Below, piece after piece: positions 1-10,481 of a DNA stretch of 64,000 nucleotides. Each line of letters begins with the position of its first letter. Positions within the stretch are counted from its first letter, which is position 1. The position numbers were made by a program, and so were the translations under genes. This DNA comes from Mycoplasmatota bacterium (lineage in GTDB: Bacteria > Bacillota_I > Bacilli_A > MAG-NZ): the NCBI GenBank assembly GCA_018394315.1, contig CP074575.1, positions 1,520,615 through 1,584,614 of the forward strand, in the 5' to 3' direction. A model generated the notes under the pieces. It did no database searches and was not told the DNA's origin. It was given only the letters and a program-made list of their open reading frames with translations.

Positions 1-195
1 AAATATATTGACAAAAAAATTTCTTTAGATGATGCTATTGAGCTAATTAAACAAAATACTAGAAGGTTTGCTAAGAGACAATTTACTTGGTTTAACAATC
101 AGATGAACACTAACTGGATAGATGTAGATGAATTAAGTAAAGAAGAAATTGTTAAGAATTCGCTTAATTTGTTAAAAGAAATAGACTTTATTTAA
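1..195 (+). CDS. miaA: tRNA dimethylallyltransferase, 3' end (partial)
   Basis: Frame 1 reads KYIDKKISLDDAIELIKQNTRRFAKRQFTWFNNQ..., the MiaA C-terminal TRxxAKRQxTWF motif; stop TAA 193-195. Confidence 0.9.
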   Translation, partial: KYIDKKISLDDAIELIKQNTRRFAKRQFTWFNNQMNTNWIDVDELSKEEIVKNSLNLLKEIDFI

Positions 196-231
196 ATTAT
201 AGATATAATTATATTAAGGAGTGAAATTATT

Positions 232-789
232 ATGATATCAAGCAATGAATTTAAAACTGGGGTAACTATAGAATACGATGGAAATATTTGGCAGGTTATT
301 GAGTTTCAGCATGTTAAACCTGGTAAGGGTGCTGCTTTTGTAAGAAGTAAATTAAGAAACTTACGCACAAGAGCAGTTGTTGATAAAACTTTCAGAGCTG
401 GCGAAAAAATGCCAAAAGCTCATATTGATAAGGAGACAATGAGTTACTCTTATTCAATGGGTGATACTTATGTATTTATGAATAATGATACGTACGAACA
501 ATTAGAAATAGGAACTAACGTATTAGGAGATTCAGTTAATTTTCTAAAAGAAGGAATGAACGTGACAATCACAATGTATAAAAGTGAAATCATTGGAGTT
601 CAATTACCTGAAAAGGTAACATTAGAAGTAATTGAAGCAGATCCAGGCGTTAAAGGTAACACTGCTGCTAATGCTACAAAAAACGCTAAAGTTGAAACTG
701 GGTATGAATTACTTGTTCCTTTATTTGTTGAACCAGGAACAAAGATTATCATTAATACAAGTACTGGTAAATATGATACCAGAGCTTAA
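232..789 (+). CDS. efp: Elongation factor P
   Basis: [12 protein letters not shown] motif, 185 aa, RBS AAGGAG. Confidence 0.98.
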   Translation: MISSNEFKTGVTIEYDGNIWQVIEFQHVKPGKGAAFVRSKLRNLRTRAVVDKTFRAGEKMPKAHIDKETMSYSYSMGDTYVFMNNDTYEQLEIGTNVLGDSVNFLKEGMNVTITMYKSEIIGVQLPEKVTLEVIEADPGVKGNTAANATKNAKVETGYELLVPLFVEPGTKIIINTSTGKYDTRA

Positions 790-811
790 AAAATAACAAG
801 GAGGGAAGTAT

Positions 812-1129
812 ATGATTATTAGTACTACTCATAAAGTTGTTGGGAAAGAAATCGTGAAACATGTGGGCTATGTAAAGGGTTCTACAGTTAGAGCAAAACA
901 CGTAGGAAAAGATATTGCTGCTGGTTTTAAGACTCTATTTGGTGGAGAGATAAAAGGCTATGCTGATATGATGAATGAGGCAAGACAAATTGCCGTAGGT
1001 CGCATGGTTGAAGATGCTAAAGCACAAGGTGCTAATGCAATAGTAGGTTTTAGATTGCAGACTTCATCTGTAATGACAGGTGCATCAGAAATTATTGCAT
1101 ATGGAACTGCAGTCATAGTAGAAGAATAG
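812..1129 (+). CDS. YbjQ/UPF0145 family protein
   Basis: GKDIAAGFKTLFGGEIKGY, GANAIVG and AYGTAV motifs. Confidence 0.9.
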   Translation: MIISTTHKVVGKEIVKHVGYVKGSTVRAKHVGKDIAAGFKTLFGGEIKGYADMMNEARQIAVGRMVEDAKAQGANAIVGFRLQTSSVMTGASEIIAYGTAVIVEE

Positions 1130-1145
1130 TAGAGGTGTTGTTATT

Positions 1146-2477
1146 TTGTATTCGCTCAGGATGTTAACCATTTTTGATACTGTTAATCAATGGTTATTCT
1201 TATTACTGTTTATTTTGTTAATGCTTTCAGCTTATTTTTCGTCTGCTGAGACTGCATTCTCTAGTTGTAATATTATTAGACTAAAGAATTATGTTGAGGA
1301 AGGTAAAAAAGGTGCTAAGAAAGCTCTTTATGTTGCAGAAAGATTTGAAAAAACTTTATCAACAATATTAGTTGGTAATAATGTTGTTAATATTGCTTTA
1401 ACAACGATATCAGCGACAATTTTATTAGATCTCATCACAAATACAACTACTGCTAACATAATTAATACATTAGGGGTAACATTCCTTATCTTAATATTTG
1501 GAGAAATTATTCCTAAATCTCTAGCAAAAGAAAGTGCAGAAAATTTGGCATTACGTTATGGAGCATCGATGTATTTTCTAAATATTATTATGACTCCGTT
1601 TGTTATGATATTTATGCCAATAAAGAGACTAATTAGTAAACTATATTCAATTGAAAGAAGACCATCATTTACTGACGATGAACTTGAGACTTTAATCGAC
1701 ACTATGGAAGAAGAAGGTACTATTGAAGAGGATAGTGCTGAAATGATGCAAGGAGTACTTGACTTAAAAGACAAAAATATATATGATATTATGACACCAA
1801 GGGTTGACGTTGTTATGGTAAATGTAAATGATGATATAAAGATACTAAAAGAGTTATTTATTAATTACCAATTCAGTAGAATCCCTGTGTTCGAAGATGA
1901 TAAAGATGATGTAATTGGTAAAGTACACTTTAAAGATTATATGATTGCACTGTTTAACGGGAGTGAAATTAGTATTAGAGAATTGATGAGTGAAATTCAT
2001 TTTGTTCCTGAAACTAAAAGTGTAGATGATTTAATAGAAGATTTACAGAAAACAAAACAGCATATGGCTATTGTAACTGGAGAGTTTGGTGGGACTACTG
2101 GATTAGTAACAATGGAGGATGCGTTAGAAGTTCTTGTTGGAGATATCTTTGATGAACACGACGAGGAGTTCGCGGAGTTTTTACCCTTAGGGAATGACAA
2201 GTATTTACTTCATGGTGACTTTAACCTGGATGATTTGTTTGATGAATTAGACTTACCAGAACCAGAGAGCAATTATTCATCCGTGGGTGGATTTATTTAC
2301 GAAAGACTAGAAAAACTACCTGAAGTCAATGATGTTTTGTTATATGAATGTGATATATTTTCAGAAGAGATTAATGAGGATATTATTACAATAAACTTAA
2401 TATTTACTGTAAAAGAAGTAAGAGATAGAAGAATTTTATCAATAGAATTAGAAGTTAATAAAAAAGAGGAGCTATAG
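1146..2477 (+). CDS. CNNM/CorC-TlyC family membrane protein (DUF21 + CBS pair + CorC domain)
   Basis: FSSAETAF, TILVGNN, FGEIIPK, IMTPR, FSRIPV, GGTTGLVTMED. Confidence 0.9.
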   Translation: MYSLRMLTIFDTVNQWLFLLLFILLMLSAYFSSAETAFSSCNIIRLKNYVEEGKKGAKKALYVAERFEKTLSTILVGNNVVNIALTTISATILLDLITNTTTANIINTLGVTFLILIFGEIIPKSLAKESAENLALRYGASMYFLNIIMTPFVMIFMPIKRLISKLYSIERRPSFTDDELETLIDTMEEEGTIEEDSAEMMQGVLDLKDKNIYDIMTPRVDVVMVNVNDDIKILKELFINYQFSRIPVFEDDKDDVIGKVHFKDYMIALFNGSEISIRELMSEIHFVPETKSVDDLIEDLQKTKQHMAIVTGEFGGTTGLVTMEDALEVLVGDIFDEHDEEFAEFLPLGNDKYLLHGDFNLDDLFDELDLPEPESNYSSVGGFIYERLEKLPEVNDVLLYECDIFSEEINEDIITINLIFTVKEVRDRRILSIELEVNKKEEL

Positions 2478-2540
2478 GCTGAGAGGTTATTAAGTTAACG
2501 ACTCAAAACCTGATCTAGGTAATGCTAGCGTAGGGAAAAG
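2464..2540 (+). ncRNA. TPP riboswitch aptamer
   Basis: GAGGAGC..GGCTGAGAGG..GACTC..ACCTGATCTAGGTAATGCTAGCGTAGGGAA core, upstream of a thiamine S-component gene. Confidence 0.88.
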
Positions 2541-2543
2541 AGC

Positions 2544-2570
2544 AAAGCCCTTTTAAATAGGGCTTTTCTT
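2544..2570 (+). terminator. Riboswitch expression-platform terminator
   Basis: AAAGCCC-loop-GGGCTTTTCTT. Confidence 0.75.
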
Positions 2571-2601
2571 AACTCCTCCAAAAAAAATAAAGGAGAAAAA
2601 T

Positions 2602-3135
2602 ATGAAAGTTTTAGAATTAGTAGAGATTGCAATTATGATTGCATTAACTGCTGTGTTAGAGATAGTATTCTCTAATACACAATTTGTTTTATTTCCAAAT
2701 GGAGGTAGTATTTCGATAAGTACACTTCCAATAATGGTATTAACATTAAGGAGAGGTTTTAAGATTGGTCTGATAGCCGGAGTTGTTTATGGAACATTTC
2801 AGTTCTTGTTACCTGTAAATGTTTATTATTTACAACCTGTACAATATTTATTTGATTATATTGTACCATTTGTAGCTATTGCATTTATTGGAGTCTTCAA
2901 AGAACTTAATGTAAAGAACATTATCTTAGGTACATCTTTAGCAGGTGGGTTAAAGTACTTATCACATGTTATCGCTGGTATAGCTTATTGGGGTGAATAT
3001 GCTCCTGAGGGGTTCGATGCAGTAACTTGGAGTCTATATTATAATATTACGTACGTCTTACCATCAGTAGTATTATGTGCATTTATTTTAGTATCAATAT
3101 TTAAGTATAATAAAACTATTTTAGAGAAAGCGTAA
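2602..3135 (+). CDS. thiT: ECF transporter S component, thiamine
   Basis: PNGGSIS, QYLFDY, HVIAGIAYWGEYAPEG, SLYYN; TPP riboswitch upstream. Confidence 0.92.
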   Translation: MKVLELVEIAIMIALTAVLEIVFSNTQFVLFPNGGSISISTLPIMVLTLRRGFKIGLIAGVVYGTFQFLLPVNVYYLQPVQYLFDYIVPFVAIAFIGVFKELNVKNIILGTSLAGGLKYLSHVIAGIAYWGEYAPEGFDAVTWSLYYNITYVLPSVVLCAFILVSIFKYNKTILEKA

Positions 3136-3144
3136 GCTTTCTCT

Positions 3145-5409
3145 TTATAATAACTCAGATATTGTAATTCTTATAACTTGGTACTCACTTGCATGATCAT
3201 TAGTATTTGTGTACATTGCTTTTATTACTATTTCATCGTAGAAAAGTAAAGAAAAGATACCAATCTCTAATTTCATATTATTTAGAGTAGTATTTCCAAT
3301 AATATTACGTTTACCATTCTTAACTAAGCAGACTTCATATCTAATCTCGCCTAAATTATCGTTTAAAGGTTCAACTTCATCCCAGTTGATTGATAAGAGT
3401 TCATTTTTTATTTCATATGATAAGTCAATAGTTTCGGGTTTATCAAGAGAGAAAAATTTAGTAGATACTTCGCTTGGTGCTGTACCAATGATAAAATATT
3501 CATTCTTTATATATCTTAATGGTGTATCTTCACTTGGCAAAAGTAATTCGTTATTATCAATCTCAATATTAACTGACATTACATTACTAGGTTTTGACAC
3601 GATTTGTGAATTAGTTGAATTAATATCTAACATGATATCTCTAAAAATATGTCTAGATAATCTATTGTTTTTAGAGTCTATATAATTGTTTAAATCTTTC
3701 CCACCGGACCAAACACCTACAGTGTATTGATTTGAATATCCTATGAACCATAAGTCTTTGACTGCTGTAATTGGTATATTATTATCGTTTCTAACATGTT
3801 CTGGAAAATTACTTTGCCCCGTTTTTCCCGCAACTACCATATTAGGAAAAACAAATCCTTGGTATCCAAAACTGTTAACAACGTCAATTAGCATATCAGT
3901 CATCATAAAAGCAGTAGAGTGTTTAATTACTCTCTTTTCTACACTTTCATTAATTATTTCTTCACCTGTTTGGAAAACAATTTTACTTATCGCATAACTA
4001 TCTTTATAAATACCTTCATTTGGGAATATATTATAAGCTTCTGTCATATCTAAAACAGTATAACCATTCGTATAACCACCAATCGCATGTGCTTCAATTC
4101 TCATGTTTTCTGGGATTAAACCAACATTTTCAGCTATATCATATCCTAAGCCATCTGAAAGTCTATATGCCTTCACCGCTGGAACGTTTCTTGATTCTAC
4201 AAGAGCCTTACGCATAGTTACAAGGCCTTTGTAATTATGATCCCAATTGTTTACTACTTGACCATCATTATATTTGATTTCTTCGTCTAAGAATGGTGCT
4301 CCGGTTGAATAATCATAGTATTCTATTAGAGGCGAGTAATCTAGAATTGGTTTTATAGTTGATGCAACTTGTAATGGGACATCAAAAGCATAACTTAAGC
4401 TTAAAGCAAAATCATTTCTTTTGCTTGAAATAATACCTTTAATTTCAGAATTCATATCTAATGTAACCGCGGAACTTTCAATGCCATCATAAGTATTCAT
4501 GCTGTTAATCGAATCATACATTGATGCTTGGATTTCGGGATCCAACGTTGTGTATACCTTTACTCCACCTTGGTATAAATCAATATCATATTTTTCTTTA
4601 GCCTCTTTAATTACATAGTCTATAAAATCAGAGTATATTTCGTAGTTATTACTTAATAAGCCATTACTGAGTTTATCTTCGATTGTCTCAGACATAGCTT
4701 CTTGATACTCGTATAAACTTATGTAGTCATTTTCATACATTACTTTTAAGATTAAATTTCTTCTTTCTAATGCATTATCAATATGTTTATAAGGGTTATA
4801 TACATCAGGTAGCTGTAGTATTCCTATTAATAATGCTGATTCAGATAATGTTAACTCTGTATTGGTTTTATTAAAATAGTATCTGCTAGCGCTTTCAATC
4901 CCGTAAACTGTACCACCAAAAGGAGAACTGTTTAAATATAGTTCTAAAATATAGTCTTTGTCTATTATTTGCTCTAACTGATAGGCGAGATACATTTCTT
5001 GAATTTTTCTTTTGATAGTCTTTATATTATTTAAATGGGTATTCTTAATAAGTTGCTGAGTTATTGTTGAAGCACCTTCTGAAAATGACAATGTTTTTAC
5101 ATTCAAAAGAATAGCGTAGCCGAATCTCATCCAGTCAATACCTTTATGCTCATAAAATTTTCTGTCCTCTGTTGCGATTAAGGCATTGAGAACGTTTGGA
5201 GATATATCATCTATTGCTGCATACTTTCTTTTTTCAACACCAAGGTTAACCAGTACTTGATCGTTAGAATCATAAATGATAGTTGTGTCTGGGTATTTAA
5301 GCTTATCTAATTCAAGTTCAGGAGTTTTTAAAAGGACCGAGATAAAAAAAGCTGCAAGCAGAACAAATATACTACCTACAACAATTATTGAGATTTTAAA
5401 TAATTTCAT
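3145..5409 (-). CDS. ponA: Class A penicillin-binding protein 1A (transglycosylase/transpeptidase)
   Basis: EDRKFYEHKG, GASTITQQL, RKIQE; STIK, SRN, KTG; downstream of recU. Confidence 0.92.
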   Translation of the reverse strand: MKLFKISIIVVGSIFVLLAAFFISVLLKTPELELDKLKYPDTTIIYDSNDQVLVNLGVEKRKYAAIDDISPNVLNALIATEDRKFYEHKGIDWMRFGYAILLNVKTLSFSEGASTITQQLIKNTHLNNIKTIKRKIQEMYLAYQLEQIIDKDYILELYLNSSPFGGTVYGIESASRYYFNKTNTELTLSESALLIGILQLPDVYNPYKHIDNALERRNLILKVMYENDYISLYEYQEAMSETIEDKLSNGLLSNNYEIYSDFIDYVIKEAKEKYDIDLYQGGVKVYTTLDPEIQASMYDSINSMNTYDGIESSAVTLDMNSEIKGIISSKRNDFALSLSYAFDVPLQVASTIKPILDYSPLIEYYDYSTGAPFLDEEIKYNDGQVVNNWDHNYKGLVTMRKALVESRNVPAVKAYRLSDGLGYDIAENVGLIPENMRIEAHAIGGYTNGYTVLDMTEAYNIFPNEGIYKDSYAISKIVFQTGEEIINESVEKRVIKHSTAFMMTDMLIDVVNSFGYQGFVFPNMVVAGKTGQSNFPEHVRNDNNIPITAVKDLWFIGYSNQYTVGVWSGGKDLNNYIDSKNNRLSRHIFRDIMLDINSTNSQIVSKPSNVMSVNIEIDNNELLLPSEDTPLRYIKNEYFIIGTAPSEVSTKFFSLDKPETIDLSYEIKNELLSINWDEVEPLNDNLGEIRYEVCLVKNGKRNIIGNTTLNNMKLEIGIFSLLFYDEIVIKAMYTNTNDHASEYQVIRITISELL

Positions 5410-5956
5410 CTATTACCTTTAAATAATCTACTCTGGGATTATATGAATTCTTAATTAAATATCCTTTTTCCTTAAACTCTGATAATTTTATTGATTTTCT
5501 TCCAGTCATTGATCTTTTATAATACTCTTCTAAGTATCTAGATTCTAAAAGGTACAACTCATCGTATGCGGTAAATCTAACTAAAATAAATGATATTCCT
5601 CCATGCTTTTTAACATTGATTAAGTGTTTAATTTGGTGTTCGTGTATATTTTGTAAAGGAAAAGATGTTTTGTTTGATGTTTCTTTTGCTTCAAAGTCGA
5701 TATATTTTCCCTTGAAAATTCCATTATAATCTGTAGTTGATGGAGTAACGTAAAATGCTTTATCAATTAGTGCAGATTGTCTATTAGGATAATTTACATT
5801 TACAACTTTAATGGGAATAGGCTTTTTATGGATGATTGCTATATCATGTGTTAGGTAATAATCATTTGTAGCATTTATGTCTTCTTCTAAAGTCATACCA
5901 CGATTTTTATAATTGGTTTTGAAACTTGCATTCTTCTTGATTGGGTAATTAACCAT
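5396..5956 (-). CDS. recU: Holliday junction resolvase RecU
   Basis: NRGMTLE, HKKPIP, STTDYNG, DFEAKET, HQIKHL. Confidence 0.97.
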   Translation of the reverse strand: MVNYPIKKNASFKTNYKNRGMTLEEDINATNDYYLTHDIAIIHKKPIPIKVVNVNYPNRQSALIDKAFYVTPSTTDYNGIFKGKYIDFEAKETSNKTSFPLQNIHEHQIKHLINVKKHGGISFILVRFTAYDELYLLESRYLEEYYKRSMTGRKSIKLSEFKEKGYLIKNSYNPRVDYLKVIDEII

Positions 5957-6081
5957 ATTATCACCTCGAAATTATCTTATCATAATTTAATATCTTTTTA
6001 TAGTGTTTGAAACTTTGATTGATTTATTAATATTTTCTAAAATTTAATAGTAAAATGTACCAGTTAAGAAAGGAAAAAATT

Positions 6082-6969
6082 ATGAGAGAAGAAATGTCAT
6101 TTGTTCTATTAAGTCTATTTTATGTAATTACTGTATTACTGATAAACAGTCATGATTCCTTGTATATATCAGGAAGTTCACTCTATAACGATATAATTGA
6201 ATATGCAGATTCATTTGATTATATGCCTATTAATGCAAGGTGCGATAAAGTATGGTATAAAGTACCTGGAGTCGATGGTTTAGAAGTAAATGTTAATGAA
6301 AGTTACAATAATATGGACGAATTTGACCTAGACAAGATTATTTATAATGAACTTAAACATGAAATTGATATATATGACTTAGAATGTGGTCCCATTTACC
6401 GAGGACATGAAGAAAGTAAAAGTGCAACACTAATAATAAATGTTGCTTGGGGAGAAGAATATCTAAACAACATACTAGACACTTTAGATACTTATGACAC
6501 AAAGGCAAATTTCTTCTTTGAGGGTAGATTTGCGGAAAAATTCCCTGAACTTGTATATGATACATATTCAAGAGGTCACACTATTGGGAATCATTCTTAT
6601 TCTCATCCTGATTTAGCAAAAAGTTCTCTAAATAAAATTAAGTATGAAATTTCTAAAACAAATAATGTATTATCGGAAATTACTCTAGATGGAATTAGAT
6701 TCTTTGGACCGCCAAGTGGGTCATATGACAACAGAGTGATTGAAGCAGCAAGAGAACTAGGCCTAGAGACAATTATGTGGTCAGTTGATACTATTGATTG
6801 GCAAAAACCAAGTAAAGAAATGATTATCAAAAGAGTGAGCGAAAAGTTACACGCTGGTGCAATTATTCTAATGCATCCAACTGAAAATACTTGTACAGCC
6901 CTTCCAGAGATAATTAATATTATTAAAAAAAATTATAAAATTGAGCAACTTGATGATTTCTTATCTTAA
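6082..6969 (+). CDS. Polysaccharide deacetylase family protein, YlxY-like
   Basis: N-terminal TM; PIYRGH..INVAWG, GNHSYSHP, PPSGS, WSVDTIDW, LMHPT; start moved to the ATG after RBS AAAGGA. Confidence 0.85.
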   Translation: MREEMSFVLLSLFYVITVLLINSHDSLYISGSSLYNDIIEYADSFDYMPINARCDKVWYKVPGVDGLEVNVNESYNNMDEFDLDKIIYNELKHEIDIYDLECGPIYRGHEESKSATLIINVAWGEEYLNNILDTLDTYDTKANFFFEGRFAEKFPELVYDTYSRGHTIGNHSYSHPDLAKSSLNKIKYEISKTNNVLSEITLDGIRFFGPPSGSYDNRVIEAARELGLETIMWSVDTIDWQKPSKEMIIKRVSEKLHAGAIILMHPTENTCTALPEIINIIKKNYKIEQLDDFLS

Positions 6970-6995
6970 CAAGATATCCTGACCTGCATAGAATA
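6969..6995 (+). promoter_or_regulatory. SigK-like promoter
   Basis: AC-N16-CATA-GAA-TA directly upstream of the spoVFA-like gene. Confidence 0.5.
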
Positions 6996-7010
6996 AAAAA
7001 TGAAGGAGCG

Positions 7011-7808
7011 ATGGATAATTCCATTGAGTGTGATAAGATGATTGTTATAGTTGATAATAAGGATTCAAGAATTAAATACCTAATTGAGGAATTAAGTAAA
7101 GAATATCAATTAGAAATTATTGATGATTCAATAAAGTCAATAAGAAGTGGTGGGATACTATTTATCCCTATTCAAGGGATAGATGATAAAGGTTTTATAA
7201 AAAAAACAGAATATAGAATTGATGACATAGTGGATAATATAAATCCTAGAATGTTGTTAGTTCCAAAAATAAGTAATTATTATAAAAAGTTTGGAATTGA
7301 ATGTGTAGAATACTTGAGCTTAGATATTGAAATAATTAATTCTATTTATACAGTTGAAGGTGCATTGTGTTTGATTTCTTCAAATACAACTAAGTCACTT
7401 TCTGATATGGAAGTATTATTAACTGGTTATGGAAAACTAGGTCAAACATTAGCAGATTATTTGAAGTTATTTGGTTCGAATGTAACAATATATTCTAATT
7501 GTGAAAAAGAGTTATTAACCGCGAAAATTCGTGGTTTCAAGACTATTCGGTCGTTAGGTTATATTGATACTATGAATTATGATACGATAATTAACACTGT
7601 TCCTGTGAATATATTTTCGTTAGAGGTTTTAAAAAGAACACCTCAAACATTATATTTGGAACTGGCATCGTATCCATATGGAGTCGATATTTCTAAAGCT
7701 AAGAATTTCATAAAGACATATTTAGGTGCGGGATTACCTGGCAAATTTACTCCTGAGAGTGCAGGAAAATTAATTGGTAGAAAGATTTTGGGGATCTTAA
7801 ATGATTGA
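7011..7808 (+). CDS. Dipicolinate synthase subunit A-like protein (divergent SpoVFA/DpaA)
   Basis: NSIYTVEGA, GYGKLG, INTVP, ELASYPYGVD, GLPGKFTPESAG; synteny with ylxY and dapG. Confidence 0.8.
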   Translation: MDNSIECDKMIVIVDNKDSRIKYLIEELSKEYQLEIIDDSIKSIRSGGILFIPIQGIDDKGFIKKTEYRIDDIVDNINPRMLLVPKISNYYKKFGIECVEYLSLDIEIINSIYTVEGALCLISSNTTKSLSDMEVLLTGYGKLGQTLADYLKLFGSNVTIYSNCEKELLTAKIRGFKTIRSLGYIDTMNYDTIINTVPVNIFSLEVLKRTPQTLYLELASYPYGVDISKAKNFIKTYLGAGLPGKFTPESAGKLIGRKILGILND

Positions 7809-8688
7809 AGTAATTAAATTTGGAGGAAACACAATAAAAACATATCCAGATATGATAATTGCTGCTAATTATTTAAAATCGAAAATAGAAGAAAAGAAGA
7901 AGCTGATTGTCGTTGTTTCAGCAATGGGAAGAATAGGAGATCCATACGCAACTGATACCTTAAGGTCATTACTTACAGGTGACATATTACCAGTAGAACA
8001 TGACAGATTACTTGCATGTGGTGAGATTATCTCTAGTATTGTTTTTAGAAGTGTTTTATCAGATATGAATATTTCAAGTTATTCTTGTTCAGCGAATGAG
8101 ATTGGATTAATTACAGATGAGAAGCATAATAATGCAAGCATAATTGACATTGAACCAAATTTCTACAGAATTTTTGAACAATATGATTGTATAGTTGTCC
8201 CGGGATTTCAGGGTGTAACTAAAAAAAAAGTTATCACAACTATCGGCAGAGGTGGCTCTGATATTTCCGCAATTTTATTGGGGAAGTTTTACTCAGCATC
8301 GATGGTTGAGATAATTTCAGATGTTGAAGGGATTTTAACGGCAGATCCTAAGATAGTGAGTGATGCAAAATTAATGAAATCTATCAATCATGCTCAACTA
8401 GAAGAAATAACTAAAAATGGTTGTAGTGTTTTACATCATAAAGCTGCTAAGATTGCTTTAGATTTTAAGGTGCCGATGGTATTTAAATCTCTTAAAAACC
8501 CTTCAAACAATACTAAAATTCAAGGCAATGATGATTTTTTTAACATAACTTACCAATATCTTGGAAAGAATAACAAGGTGAGAATAGCTATGATGATAAA
8601 TGATGAAACTCAATTTGAAGAAATTAATTTATCTGATCTTAGTATAAGAATAAATCAGTTACATCGTAAGTATAGCGAGAAAAATTAA
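7801..8688 (+). CDS. dapG: Aspartokinase I (DapG-like), shortened, no recognisable ACT domains
   Basis: KFGG, VVVSAMGRIGDPYATD, GFQG, GRGGSD, DVEGILTADP; only 295 aa. Confidence 0.8.
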   Translation: MIEVIKFGGNTIKTYPDMIIAANYLKSKIEEKKKLIVVVSAMGRIGDPYATDTLRSLLTGDILPVEHDRLLACGEIISSIVFRSVLSDMNISSYSCSANEIGLITDEKHNNASIIDIEPNFYRIFEQYDCIVVPGFQGVTKKKVITTIGRGGSDISAILLGKFYSASMVEIISDVEGILTADPKIVSDAKLMKSINHAQLEEITKNGCSVLHHKAAKIALDFKVPMVFKSLKNPSNNTKIQGNDDFFNITYQYLGKNNKVRIAMMINDETQFEEINLSDLSIRINQLHRKYSEKN

Positions 8689-8735
8689 TTATATGATATA
8701 ATGATAGTTGTAATTGGCAAATAAAGGAGAATAAT

Positions 8736-10406
8736 ATGAGTAATATAAAAATTTTTGGTTTAGGTGGATTAGGTGAATCTGGTAAAAACCTTTATGTTAT
8801 AGAAGTAGAAGAACAAATATTTATCTTAGAGGCTGGAACAAAGAATCCTCTTATAGAGATGTATGGGGTTGACGCGATTATCCCTGATATTAGTTATTTA
8901 ATTAATAATAAGCATCGTATACAGGGAATATTCTTATCCCATGGTCATGATGATAAAATTGGTGCAGTACCAATCATCTTAAAAAGTATTAGGACAAACA
9001 TATATGGGTCTCGTTTTACAATGAGTATTTTAAAAGATAGTTTTATTGAGAGTGAAATCAATTATTACAAAAAAAATCTAAAGATTATCGATGAGAATAC
9101 AGAGCTTAAATTTAAAGATGTTATGATTACATTTTTCAGGACAACTCATAGTATTCCAGAATCATTAGGGATAGCTATTCATACAAAGGATGGTGTTATA
9201 GTATATACTGGTGATTATAGTTTTAATACTCATGTAAAAAAATCATATAAAACATCATTTGATAAAATATCAGCATTAAAGGGAAAAGGCGTACTTGCTT
9301 TACTAAGTGATAGTGTAGGGTGCACTTATCAATCAACTGGTGACAGTAATTATTTACTAGAGCATAGCTTAACTGAAGCCTTTAGAAAAAATACAAGGTT
9401 ATTAATATCTGCGTTTTCAAATGAATTAGACAAAATACAAATGGCTATTGATATAGCGATTAAATTTGATAGGAAGATAGCTATAATAGGACGTAAGGCC
9501 CAAAGAATAATTGATATTTCTGTGAATTTAGGATATCTAAAGATCCCGAAAGATAAACTTGTAACTCTTAAGTTTATAGATAATAGAAATAATAATTATT
9601 CTGATGATATGGTTGTATTAGTTACTGGTGATAAGCATGAACCTTATTATATGTTGCAAAGGATAGCTAGAAAAAGAGATAAATTAGTTCACATTAATAG
9701 TAAGGATACAGTAGTTGTTATGACAATTCCAGTTCCAGGAGTTGAAAAAATGGCTGCAAATACGATAGATTTATTATATAAAAGTGGTGCAGATGTAAGA
9801 ACAATTGATAGAAAACTTCTAAGAGGTTCTCATGCTTCAGTGCATGATACTAAACTTATGTATAACCTATTGAAACCAAAGTATATCATTCCTGTATTAG
9901 GCGAGTATAGACATCAATACGCACAAGTATCTGCAGCTAAGTCATATGGTTATAGCGATGATTTTATAATTTTATTAGATAACGGAGATGTCGTAACTTT
10001 TAAAGATGGAGAAAGAATTAAGAAATTAGGCACTGTACAAGCTGATGAAGTCTTAATTGATGGAGCTTTAATAGGTGATATAAATGAAGTAGTACTTAAA
10101 GATAGAGAAAACCTTGCAAGGGATGGAGTTTTGATGGTAATCGGAAATATTGATGCAAGGAAGAAGAAAATAGTTACTGATCCAGAAATAGTATCTCAAG
10201 GCTTTATGTTAGAAAAAGAAAATCCACAGCTATTTGAAGAAATTAAAAATATTTACTTGGATATAGCAAAAGAAAGTTTCTTAAATAAATATATTGATTG
10301 GCAAGATTTGAAATTCAGTCTAAGAGATAAGATTTCTAAGTATATTTCCAAACAAACAAATAGAAGAACTATAGTTATTCCAGTTCTAATTGATACAGTT
10401 ACTTAA
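8736..10406 (+). CDS. rnjB: Ribonuclease J, J2-type
   Basis: LGGLGESGKN, degenerate metal motif HGHDDKIG, THSIPES, YTGD; Bacillus synteny. Confidence 0.85.
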   Translation: MSNIKIFGLGGLGESGKNLYVIEVEEQIFILEAGTKNPLIEMYGVDAIIPDISYLINNKHRIQGIFLSHGHDDKIGAVPIILKSIRTNIYGSRFTMSILKDSFIESEINYYKKNLKIIDENTELKFKDVMITFFRTTHSIPESLGIAIHTKDGVIVYTGDYSFNTHVKKSYKTSFDKISALKGKGVLALLSDSVGCTYQSTGDSNYLLEHSLTEAFRKNTRLLISAFSNELDKIQMAIDIAIKFDRKIAIIGRKAQRIIDISVNLGYLKIPKDKLVTLKFIDNRNNNYSDDMVVLVTGDKHEPYYMLQRIARKRDKLVHINSKDTVVVMTIPVPGVEKMAANTIDLLYKSGADVRTIDRKLLRGSHASVHDTKLMYNLLKPKYIIPVLGEYRHQYAQVSAAKSYGYSDDFIILLDNGDVVTFKDGERIKKLGTVQADEVLIDGALIGDINEVVLKDRENLARDGVLMVIGNIDARKKKIVTDPEIVSQGFMLEKENPQLFEEIKNIYLDIAKESFLNKYIDWQDLKFSLRDKISKYISKQTNRRTIVIPVLIDTVT

Positions 10407-10433
10407 AACTTTGATTTATTTCAAAGTTTTTTT
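10405..10433 (+). terminator. Intrinsic terminator
   Basis: AAAACTTTGA-loop-TCAAAGTTTT plus T run. Confidence 0.75.
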
Positions 10434-10481
10434 ACTTTATTTGACACTTTAACAAAATATAATGATACTTGAGGTGTTAGT

